From sequence record SRR22947727_4435: a DNA stretch of 64,000 nucleotides. The stretch is one strand, 5' to 3'. The translations under genes were made by a program, and so were the position numbers. Of this stretch, positions 50,785 to 59,906 are shown piece by piece. The stretch's first letter is position 1, and each line of letters begins with the position of its first letter. Below the pieces are notes generated by a model, which did no database searches, was not told where the DNA came from, and saw nothing but the letters and a program-made list of their open reading frames with translations.

Positions 50785-52178
50785 GCCGTGAAAGGATTGT
50801 CGTCGGGGTCGATGTCGGAACGACGAGCATGAAGGCAGCAGCTTTCGCGTTGGACGGGCGCAGTCTCGGTGAGGCGAGCGTGGTGACCCCGTGGAACGTC
50901 GGTGCCGGGGGTGAGACTGATTTAGATGTCGAGCGCTTGACGCGCGACTTCATCGACCTCGTGACCGAACTCGTGGAGACGACCGGAACACAGCCCATCG
51001 GCATCGGCATTACGGGAATGGCCGAGACCGGTGTTGTCGTCGATGAACACGGTGCTGCGCGACATCGTGCCTTCGCGTGGTTCGACCAACGTGGGGCCGC
51101 CGAACTCGACGACTTGCCACCGAACCTTCGCGACGCGTTTGCGGGGACCACGGGCCTGGCACTGAAGGCCGAGTGCTCGTTGTCGAAGTTGTTGTGGCTG
51201 CAAGCGCAGGGATTCACCATCAACACCGGCGACGTGTGGCTGAATGCGCAGGAGTTCCTCGGTTCTCGCCTCACCGGAACCCGTGCGACCGAGCCGTCGT
51301 TGGCATCGCGTACTGCCTTGTGGGATCAAGACGGTCGGCCGTGGACTCAAGCGCTGGACCTCATCGGGGCATCGCAGGACTTCATTCCGCCCTTCGTCGG
51401 GGCGGGAACCAGCCTGGGAGTCGTCGGGGATGGGTGCCCGGAGAGCATGCAGGGAGCAGTCGTCACGGTCACCGGGCACGATCATCTGGTCGCTGCGATC
51501 GGTTCGGGTGCGGTCGGGTCCAATCAATTGTTCAACTCCTGCGGGACGGCAGACGTCCTCGTGCGCAGCGTTCCGTGGGTGATCGATGCCGACTCGCGCG
51601 CACAACTCGTGGCCGGTGGCCTGTCGGTGGGACGTCACGCTCTTAGCGGTCATACAGCTGTACTCGGAGCAACCAGGTTCGGGTTGGTGATGGAGCGCGT
51701 CATGGCGATGTTGGGTGTCAATGACCACGCAGAACGCTCCCGCCTGGTGGACGCATGGCAGAACGAGGGGTCGGGGAAAGATGTTGTCAGCGTGAGCGAG
51801 CCTGGCGGATGGGTAAACGAAGTTCGGATTTCGCTGCACGACACGTGCTCGCCTGATGAGGTCGTCGCCGCGGCTATCGATTACGGAATCCAATCCATGC
51901 GGGGCTGCCTGGAGACCTTGACATCTGTCACCGGCCCATCCGATCAGGTCATTGCCGGGGGTGGCTGGGCGCAACTCGACGGGGTTCTGCGCGCCAAAGG
52001 CGGCCTGCTGGCGGGTCTGTCCCGAAGCGCGGTCACGCAGCCGGGCGTTCGGGGCGCGGCAGCGTTTGCCGGCATCGCCGCCGGGATGACCGATGAAGAG
52101 CTCACCCGCGAACTTGCGAGCCATGTCCAACCGCCTGGACAGCATCCACTACAACAACAGAAGGAGACCGTTTCGTGA
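50781..52178 (+). CDS. FGGY carbohydrate kinase
   Basis: VGVDVGTTSMK, GMAETG, AWFDQR, SLASRT, GHDH, GGGW. Confidence 0.9.
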   Translation: MSRERIVVGVDVGTTSMKAAAFALDGRSLGEASVVTPWNVGAGGETDLDVERLTRDFIDLVTELVETTGTQPIGIGITGMAETGVVVDEHGAARHRAFAWFDQRGAAELDDLPPNLRDAFAGTTGLALKAECSLSKLLWLQAQGFTINTGDVWLNAQEFLGSRLTGTRATEPSLASRTALWDQDGRPWTQALDLIGASQDFIPPFVGAGTSLGVVGDGCPESMQGAVVTVTGHDHLVAAIGSGAVGSNQLFNSCGTADVLVRSVPWVIDADSRAQLVAGGLSVGRHALSGHTAVLGATRFGLVMERVMAMLGVNDHAERSRLVDAWQNEGSGKDVVSVSEPGGWVNEVRISLHDTCSPDEVVAAAIDYGIQSMRGCLETLTSVTGPSDQVIAGGGWAQLDGVLRAKGGLLAGLSRSAVTQPGVRGAAAFAGIAAGMTDEELTRELASHVQPPGQHPLQQQKETVS

Positions 52179-53080
52179 AGACCTTGGCAGATATCGCAGA
52201 TGACGACGGCACGTTCGCGATTATTGCGATGGACCAGCGCAACACCTTGCGGCGGATGTTCGACGCCGTTGGCGAGGAGGCGACGCCCGAGGTGATGGCC
52301 CAAGCCAAAGTCGATGTCGCTGCCAACCTCTCACCCGGTGCGACCGGGTTGCTGCTGGATCCGGATTTCGGTGTTCCGGCGGTGCGTGAATCAGGCCAGT
52401 TGGCGTCGACCTGTGGGTTGCTGGTGGCAGCCGAGCCGTCCGATCGCGGGAACTACAACGGAGAACCGCGCGCCCATCGCATAGAAGAACAGAACGGCCG
52501 CTGGGTTCTCGACCAAGGCGGTGATGCGGTGAAGTTTCTCGTCCAGGTGAATGCTCTTCGCCAGGCAGCACCAGGTGAACCCGATCTTGTCGCCGAAGCG
52601 CTGGACGTTGTTCGCGCCGTGGTGGCCGACTGTAAGGCCGCAGGCATCCCTAGTGTGATCGAGAACTTGGTCTACCCGCTGCCGGGTGAGGAGCCCTTGG
52701 CGGGTGAGGTGAAGTCCGAGGCGATCGTCCAATCGGCCATCGCGCTGTCCGAACTGGGGATGGACTTGCTGAAGTTGGAGTACCCAGGCAGCCCCCAGGC
52801 ATGTCGACAGCTGGCCGACTCGATCAATGTCCCGTGGGCGGTTCTAAGCGCCGGGGTGGACTTTGAGGAATTCACCGAAGTTCTGCGCATCTCCTGCGAC
52901 GAGGGAGGAGCCTCTGGTTTCATTGCCGGACGCGCGCTGTGGAAAGAGTCCATCGGAATGAGCGCGAGCGAACGCGCCAAATTCTTCACTGAGCAGTCGG
53001 CGCCTCGTTTGGACGCATGCCGTGAGGCGATTAGTGGACGGGCCACGCCATGGATGAACGCGACGACGGGAGCGAGGTAG
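52175..53080 (+). CDS. Class I aldolase, LacD (tagatose-1,6-bisP)/YihT-like
   Basis: IAMDQRNTL, LLDPDFG, DAVKFL, DLLKLEYP (Schiff-base Lys), WAVLSAGV, SGFIAGRALW. Confidence 0.87.
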   Translation: MKTLADIADDDGTFAIIAMDQRNTLRRMFDAVGEEATPEVMAQAKVDVAANLSPGATGLLLDPDFGVPAVRESGQLASTCGLLVAAEPSDRGNYNGEPRAHRIEEQNGRWVLDQGGDAVKFLVQVNALRQAAPGEPDLVAEALDVVRAVVADCKAAGIPSVIENLVYPLPGEEPLAGEVKSEAIVQSAIALSELGMDLLKLEYPGSPQACRQLADSINVPWAVLSAGVDFEEFTEVLRISCDEGGASGFIAGRALWKESIGMSASERAKFFTEQSAPRLDACREAISGRATPWMNATTGAR

Positions 53081-53082
53081 GT

Positions 53083-53838
53083 ATGCCGCTATTGGAGGCA
53101 CGAGGCATCGTTCGAACCTACGGGCAGGTGGTCGCGCTCGATGGGTGTGATTTCGATGTCGAGCCGGGTGAGGTCACGGCACTGATCGGTGACAACGGTG
53201 CCGGAAAGAGCACGTTGATCAAGATCATGTCCGGTGCCGAAGAAATGGAAGATGGCCAGATCAGTTTCATGGGTGAAGACGTCACCATGAGCAGTCCCTC
53301 GGTTGCTCGTGATCTCGGCATTGAGACGGTCTTTCAGGATCTCGCGTTGTGTCCTCACCTCGACCCGGTGCGCAATCTTTACCTCGGTCGTGAGGTGCGT
53401 CGTCGCGCCCCCCTGGGATGGCTCGGCTTCATGGACAACAAGAAGATGCGGGAGAACTCCGGCGAGGCTTTCGCTGAGCTGGGTGCCACCGTCCGCGCAT
53501 TATCGGTGCCGGTGGGGGATATGTCCGGTGGGCAGAAGCAGAGTGTTGCCGTGGCTCGCGCAGCCTCCTGGGCGAACAAGATCATCTTTCTCGATGAGCC
53601 GACGGCCGCCCTGGGAGTCGTCCAGACCCACAACGTTCTCGAGCTGATCAAGCGGGTTCGAGATAAGGGCATAGGTGTGGTCTTCATCTCCCACTCGATG
53701 CCGGAGGTGCTCGGCGTCGCGGATCGCGTCCAGGTCCTGCGCCGTGGTCGTCGCGTCGCGACTTACCAATCTGCAGACACATCACTCGAAGAACTCGTCG
53801 GCGCCATGACGGGTGCGTTGGATGAGGAGAGATTGTGA
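53083..53838 (+). CDS. Sugar ABC ATP-binding protein (single domain)
   Basis: GDNGAGKST, MSGGQKQ, LDEPTAALG. Confidence 0.95.
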   Translation: MPLLEARGIVRTYGQVVALDGCDFDVEPGEVTALIGDNGAGKSTLIKIMSGAEEMEDGQISFMGEDVTMSSPSVARDLGIETVFQDLALCPHLDPVRNLYLGREVRRRAPLGWLGFMDNKKMRENSGEAFAELGATVRALSVPVGDMSGGQKQSVAVARAASWANKIIFLDEPTAALGVVQTHNVLELIKRVRDKGIGVVFISHSMPEVLGVADRVQVLRRGRRVATYQSADTSLEELVGAMTGALDEERL

Positions 53839-54935
53839 CCGCGACTCAGGAAGCCCAAGTAGAGGAGATCGTCGCTGACAACAATCGCAGCGTCATCCGC
53901 AGCATCACACGAGCTCAAGCAACCCAGATCGTTCTCGTCCTCCTCGGCATGATGGTGCTCTTCACGATCATCAACCCGGACGCCTTCTTGAGTGTCTTTA
54001 ACTTCCGATCGATCATCGTGAACGCTTCGATTTTCATCGTTCTGGGAGTGGGCGTCACCTTCGTGATCATCACTGCGGGGATCGATCTGTCCATCGGCTC
54101 GGTCCTGGTCTTCGCGAGCGTCATGTCGGCGCTGGTGATGGAGAGCCTGGGCACCGAAGGATGGGCTATCGCGGCGGTCGGTGCGGTCGTGGCGGTACTC
54201 GCCGGTGCGCTGTGGGGGTTCATCAACGGCTTCTTGGTTGCCAAAGCAAATGTTCCCGCCTTCATTGTCACGCTGGGCACCATGGGTATGGCTCTGGGTA
54301 TTTCGCAGGTCATCACCGGCGGCATCGATCTGTACAACGTGCCGGAGGTTCTCGTAGACACCGTCGGCTTCGGAGACATTGTCTGGCAGATTCCCACCCT
54401 CGCGGTTATCGCACTGGTGATCGTTGTGTTGGGCGGCATATTGCTGCACAAGACCAAGTTCGGGCTGTACACCTACGCCCTCGGCTCCAATATGGAGGCG
54501 TGTCGGCGTATTGGCATCCGGGTCGACAAACAGTTGATCTGGGTCTACATCGTCTCGGGCGTCTGTGCCGGTATTGGTGGCTACCTCAGCCTCGCGCTCT
54601 ACCAGCAGACAACGATTGCTGGTAACTCGCTCACCAACCTGGCGGTCATAGCCGGAGTCGTCATCGGCGGTACGAGTTTGTTCGGCGGTGTCGGAACCAT
54701 CTTCGGCACCGTGATCGGCTTGCTCATCCCCGTCACTCTGCGTCAAGGATTTGTCATCAGTGGTGTTCAGGCCTTCTGGCAGGAGGTCGTCGTAGGAATC
54801 TTCCTGATCGGCGCTGTCTACATCGACGGTGTCAGGCGGGCGAGAGCCCGCCGATCATCAGGGAAAAAGCCCAAACCGATGGCCATAGGGGGCCTGACGA
54901 TTGGGTCAACAAGGAAAGAGGGAAATAGTGAGTAG
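53835..54935 (+). CDS. Sugar ABC permease (RbsC-like)
   Basis: GIDLSIGS, PAFIVTLG, YALGSN, IGGTSLFGG.G. Confidence 0.95.
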   Translation: MTATQEAQVEEIVADNNRSVIRSITRAQATQIVLVLLGMMVLFTIINPDAFLSVFNFRSIIVNASIFIVLGVGVTFVIITAGIDLSIGSVLVFASVMSALVMESLGTEGWAIAAVGAVVAVLAGALWGFINGFLVAKANVPAFIVTLGTMGMALGISQVITGGIDLYNVPEVLVDTVGFGDIVWQIPTLAVIALVIVVLGGILLHKTKFGLYTYALGSNMEACRRIGIRVDKQLIWVYIVSGVCAGIGGYLSLALYQQTTIAGNSLTNLAVIAGVVIGGTSLFGGVGTIFGTVIGLLIPVTLRQGFVISGVQAFWQEVVVGIFLIGAVYIDGVRRARARRSSGKKPKPMAIGGLTIGSTRKEGNSE

Positions 54936-55905
54936 AGCAACTGTGAAGCGGGCCGTTGCAGGCGCGCTTAGCGTTGGTGTTCTCGGTGGCCTCGGCTTGG
55001 GTATTGCGCCCGGGGCGATGGCAGCCGGGGAGGACATCACCTTCATTCAAGGCGTCAAGGGTGACGGCTTCTACATCACCATGAATTGTGGTGTGAAAGC
55101 TGCTGCCAAGAAGGCAGGCGCTAACGTCAAGACACTCGGACCGCAGAAGTTCGACGCCACGCTGCAGAAGCCGATTCTTGATGCTGTGATCGCATCGAAG
55201 CCGGACGCCATTCTCATCGCACCCAACGATGTGAAGGCTATGCAGAAGCCACTGGAGAAGGCCAAGAAGGCTGGTATCGAGGTGGTCCTTGTTGACACAA
55301 CCGTCAACAAGCCCGCGAAGGTCGCAGTGTCGGCGATTTCCTCCAACAACTACGCCGGTGGTGCGGCTGCTCTCAAGGCAGTCCAACGCGCTGGTGTAAG
55401 TGGCGGAAAGGTCATGGGCATCGGTGTCCGGCCGGGAATCAGCACCACGGACGCTCGTGATGCGGGCTTCAAGGATGCAGTCGCGAAGAACAGCAACTTC
55501 GAGTTCATCGGCCAGGAGTACTCGCAGAACGAGCCCGCGATCGCGGCTCAGATCACCTCGGCAGCTATCGCGGCCAACCCTGATCTGAAGGCCATCTTCG
55601 CGAGCAACCTGTTCTCCGCACAGGGCGCTGCTACGGGTATCAAGCAGGCCGGCAAAGAGGGCGAGATCGTTGTCATCGGATTCGACGCCGGCCCCGACCA
55701 GATCAAGGCCCTCAAGGACGGCACAGTCCAGGCTCTGATCGCTCAGAAGCCCTACAACATCGGAACGCAGGGTGTTGCCCAGGCTCTGCGTGCCCTTAAT
55801 GGCAAGAAGAACACGAAGAAGATTACGACTGGTTTCACGATTCTTACCGACAAGAACGTGAACACCAACTTCGGCAAGAAGGCGGCTTACCGCTCGAAGT
55901 GCTAG
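54928..55905 (+). CDS. Sugar ABC substrate-binding protein (RbsB-like), Sec/SPI signal, Lys-rich
   Basis: Signal ending AMA-A with no lipobox; GDGFY, VVLVDT, VIGFDA, LIAQKP. Confidence 0.92.
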   Translation: MSRATVKRAVAGALSVGVLGGLGLGIAPGAMAAGEDITFIQGVKGDGFYITMNCGVKAAAKKAGANVKTLGPQKFDATLQKPILDAVIASKPDAILIAPNDVKAMQKPLEKAKKAGIEVVLVDTTVNKPAKVAVSAISSNNYAGGAAALKAVQRAGVSGGKVMGIGVRPGISTTDARDAGFKDAVAKNSNFEFIGQEYSQNEPAIAAQITSAAIAANPDLKAIFASNLFSAQGAATGIKQAGKEGEIVVIGFDAGPDQIKALKDGTVQALIAQKPYNIGTQGVAQALRALNGKKNTKKITTGFTILTDKNVNTNFGKKAAYRSKC

Positions 55906-55918
55906 CTGAAGTGTGAAC

Positions 55919-55958
55919 GCGAGGGTGGGGTCGACCGGTGATCGGCCCCACCTTTCGC
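55919..55958 (+). terminator. Hairpin terminator of the sugar operon
   Basis: GCGAGGGTGGGGTCGA...TCGGCCCCACCTTTCGC followed by TT. Confidence 0.7.
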
Positions 55959-55962
55959 TTGA

Positions 55963-56736
<774 letters not shown>

Positions 56737-56748
56737 GCGTAACCGCTG

Positions 56749-57207
56749 ATGACCAAGGTGTGGGTATTGCTCATCACGGCCGCGATGGTGATTGCCAGCG
56801 TCGCCTACGCCGTGATTGCCGCGAGTCGAGCGTGGATTCTGTTGGTATCGACAGATCCGTTGCAGATTGTTCTTGCCGTGGCGATCATTGTCATTCCGGT
56901 GATTGGGCTAGCCCTCATCGTTCGTGAACTCTGGTTCGGCTGGCGCACGCGCCAGATGGGCCAGACGCTGGCCGCTGAGAATGCCCTTCCCACTTACGAC
57001 GGCGACCTCACGCCGTCCGGACGACCCACCAAGGCCGACGCCGACCGCAACTTCGAGCGGTACGCCCAGGAAGCTGAGGAAACCAGTGAGGACTGGCGCG
57101 CGTGGTTTCGTTTGGCGGTGGCCTACGACGATGCACGGGATCGCAAGCGCGCCCGCGCGGCAATGCGCCAAGCATCGAACCTGTATGTCCGCTCGCTACG
57201 GAGCTAG
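56749..57207 (+). CDS. Conserved actinobacterial membrane protein with TPR-like C-terminus
   Basis: Two TMs, RELWFG, PSGR, DWRAWFRLAVAYDDARDRKRAR; usual neighbour of dapB. Confidence 0.8.
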   Translation: MTKVWVLLITAAMVIASVAYAVIAASRAWILLVSTDPLQIVLAVAIIVIPVIGLALIVRELWFGWRTRQMGQTLAAENALPTYDGDLTPSGRPTKADADRNFERYAQEAEETSEDWRAWFRLAVAYDDARDRKRARAAMRQASNLYVRSLRS

Positions 57208-57507
57208 GCCGGCACCGCGCAGGACGGCGGCCGTCGCCGCGGCGACGAGGATCACGACCAAGAAGGGGGCTCGCAGAGCCAGCGCAACGATGGCGGCTGC
57301 CAGTCCGGCGACACGGGCATCGACCTGCACGGCGTCGCCAGTAGAAAACGTCTGCACACCGACCAGCGCCGCTAGCAAGGCGATCGGCAGTATCGTCGTC
57401 AGCCGCTGCAACCGTGGGTTGTCCAGCACTCGCTCCGGGATGACGTACCCGGAGAGTTTCAGTAGGTAGGCCCCGAGGGAGCCGACGATCACGGCGGGCC
57501 AGATCAT
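57196..57507 (-). CDS. azlD: AzlD-family small exporter subunit
   Basis: YLLKLSG..P, LPIALLAALV, DAR, RAPFLVV; ATGA overlap with azlC stop. Confidence 0.85.
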   Translation of the reverse strand: MIWPAVIVGSLGAYLLKLSGYVIPERVLDNPRLQRLTTILPIALLAALVGVQTFSTGDAVQVDARVAGLAAAIVALALRAPFLVVILVAAATAAVLRGAGLAP

Positions 57508-58196
57508 GCGCGCCTCCGGGCCATGAACCGCTCGGCGACGAGCGCGACCAGTACCGCGGACAGGACGGGAAGCCCTGGCCGCAGCACGGGAACAAGAGCG
57601 ATCGCGACCGCTGCGCTCACCAGAGCCAGGGCGATCGTGCTCCGGTCGCGAAGTCGGGGCCACAGCAGCGCAATGAATCCGGCCGGCACCGCCGCATCCA
57701 AGCCCAGGGTGCGCGGGTCATCGAGCGCTGCCGCCCCAAGGGCACCGATGAGCGTGCCCAGATTCCACAGCACGTAGATGGCGATGCCGGTGGCCCAGAA
57801 AGCATGCCGGGCCTGCGGCGAACCTTCCGGATAGCGGATAGCCATCGCGGTCGATTCGTCGATGGTGAGCTGGGCTTGGCCCATGGTGCGCACGATCGAG
57901 GGTCGGCGGGGTGTGGTCACGAACGAGCGGAGACTGAGCGCATACAAAGAGTTGCGCGCGCCCAACAACAGGGCAGTCACGACGGCGACAAGGGCGCCAC
58001 CGCCCGTACCGAGAATCCCGACCAGGGCGAACTGCGAAGCCCCGGTGAACATTGCCAGACTCAGAAACTGCGTCTGCCACACGTCCAGACCGCTGGCGAC
58101 GGAGATCGCGCCGAACGACAGACCGTAAGCCCCGGTGGCGACTCCGATGCCCACAGCGTTGACGGTGATCGGGCGCAGGGAATCGTCAGCGGTCAG
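57504..58196 (-). CDS. azlC: AzlC-family branched-chain amino acid exporter (probable CTG start; first canonical start is 58154)
   Basis: GLSFG, FTGASQFA, ARNSLY, TIDES, WNLGT, GLDAAVPA.F. Confidence 0.85.
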   Translation of the reverse strand: MTADDSLRPITVNAVGIGVATGAYGLSFGAISVASGLDVWQTQFLSLAMFTGASQFALVGILGTGGGALVAVVTALLLGARNSLYALSLRSFVTTPRRPSIVRTMGQAQLTIDESTAMAIRYPEGSPQARHAFWATGIAIYVLWNLGTLIGALGAAALDDPRTLGLDAAVPAGFIALLWPRLRDRSTIALALVSAAVAIALVPVLRPGLPVLSAVLVALVAERFMARRRA

Positions 58197-59827
58197 AACA
58201 CACCTGCTGGCGTAAGCCCTTCGCGTGTGAGGATCGCGAATACTTCCTCGACCGCAGAGCGGGCGGCGGGTATGTCGGCATCGACCGAATCCAACCGCAG
58301 CCGCCGAGAAAGAACGTCATCGGTATCCAGGGCTCCCTCGTGCAAAATCGCGTGGGCGATATCGACGCGGGAGGCACTCGTGTGCGAGGCGATGGGCGCG
58401 AGCGCCGCCTGTGGATCCGTGAACAGGGTTGCGAGTTCTCGAACGCGCGTTGCCTCTGCCCCGTAGCGCATCGTGAAGGGATCGGCGTCGAAGAACCCAG
58501 GGGAGCGAGCAGGAGTACCGGGTTGTGCGCCGACCAGGGCGATCGAGCGCGTCCGGCAGGGTCGGTCGGTGATCATGTCGACCGCATCTTCAGCCATTCG
58601 CCGGTACGTGGTGAGTTTGCCGCCGGTCACCGTGATCGATCCGGTGCTCGATCGAGACACCAAGTGCTTGCGCGAGACATCCGATGTTGCGCCGTCGGTG
58701 AGATCGTCAGGATCCACCATGGAGACAAGTGGTCGGAGCCCGGCGAATGTGCCGAGCACATCGGCCGCGGTGAGTTCGGTTGCCAAGACTCGACTTACCT
58801 GACGCAGGATCCAGGTGACCTCTTCCTCGGGCGCCTGTGGGACGGCATCGATGTGATCCACACCGATATCGGTGATGCCGGCGAGAACCGTGCCGTCGGG
58901 TCGCGGCAGCAGGAAGCAGTAGCGGGCGTCCATGCCGGGAACGGGAATGGTGAGCGCTGCCCGCGGCGAGCCGAGTCGACGCGCGTCGAGAACGACGTGC
59001 GTCCCGCGCGAGGGGCGTACCTGGACGCGTGGGTCGAGTTCCTCGGCCCAGACACCGGTGGCGGTGATGACATGGCTGGCCGCAACGTCGACGCTGCTGC
59101 CGGACACGCGGTCGTGTAGTCGAACGCCGTGGGGGTGGATATCCGTTGCCTCCACCTTGGTCAGGATCGATGCACCGAGGAAGGCGGCGGTGCGCGCGAC
59201 GGCAACGACCAGGCGCGCATCATCGTTCAATTGACCATCCCAGGCCATTACGCCACCGCGGAGAGACTGCGCATCGATGCACGGTGCGAGCGAGCGCACC
59301 TTGTTCCGAGAGATCCAGTGCGCGGGGGGCAAGACGTGGGCGGGGGTTCGCGCGCCGGCGCGCAGAAGGTCTCCGGCGAGGAAACCGGCCCTGGTCACCG
59401 CCGCCGAGAGCATCGACGTGTCGGTCATCACCGGAACGATCTGCGGCAGCGCCCGAATGAGATGCGGGGCGATTGTCGTCATCAAGTGACCGCGTTCGAC
59501 GGCGCTTTCCCATGCGACATCTGCATGACCGGTGGCCAGGTACCGCAACCCTCCGTGCACGAGCTTGCTCGACCATCGAGATGTGCCGAAAGCCAGGTCC
59601 TCGCGTTCGACAAGGACGGTTCGCAGCCCACGGCTCGCAGCGTCGAGCGCGATCCCGGTGCCGGTGATGCCACCGCCAATGACGACAACGTCCACCGTCG
59701 GGCCGCCTGAGTGGCCGCTTGTGTGGTCTTTTGTGTGTCCGTCGAGTAGCGCACTCCACTCCCGTTGACGGCGCTGCTGCGAGAGATCAGTGGACGGATC
59801 ACCGATCGGCACGTACGTCGTCTCCAC
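58193..59827 (-). CDS. glpD: FAD-dependent glycerol-3-phosphate dehydrogenase/oxidase
   Basis: IGGGITGTGIALDAASRG, GTSRWSSKLVHGGLRYL, DGQLNDDAR, GGKLTTYRRMAE; GTG 59827 after GGAGG. Confidence 0.9.
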   Translation of the reverse strand: METTYVPIGDPSTDLSQQRRQREWSALLDGHTKDHTSGHSGGPTVDVVVIGGGITGTGIALDAASRGLRTVLVEREDLAFGTSRWSSKLVHGGLRYLATGHADVAWESAVERGHLMTTIAPHLIRALPQIVPVMTDTSMLSAAVTRAGFLAGDLLRAGARTPAHVLPPAHWISRNKVRSLAPCIDAQSLRGGVMAWDGQLNDDARLVVAVARTAAFLGASILTKVEATDIHPHGVRLHDRVSGSSVDVAASHVITATGVWAEELDPRVQVRPSRGTHVVLDARRLGSPRAALTIPVPGMDARYCFLLPRPDGTVLAGITDIGVDHIDAVPQAPEEEVTWILRQVSRVLATELTAADVLGTFAGLRPLVSMVDPDDLTDGATSDVSRKHLVSRSSTGSITVTGGKLTTYRRMAEDAVDMITDRPCRTRSIALVGAQPGTPARSPGFFDADPFTMRYGAEATRVRELATLFTDPQAALAPIASHTSASRVDIAHAILHEGALDTDDVLSRRLRLDSVDADIPAARSAVEEVFAILTREGLTPAGVF

Positions 59828-59906
59828 GTCACCTCCGGTAGTAACCGCTTTCAGCATTTCTGACGTTACCCCCGGTGATCGGCGCCTGCATGGCAGGCTT
59901 CGGGCT

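Noticed and set aside
52175-53080. Sulfoglycolysis (sulfo-EMP) assignment for the sugar island
   Set aside because: The aldolase family fits, but no sulfoquinovosidase, SQ isomerase or sulfolactaldehyde reductase is recognisable in the cluster.
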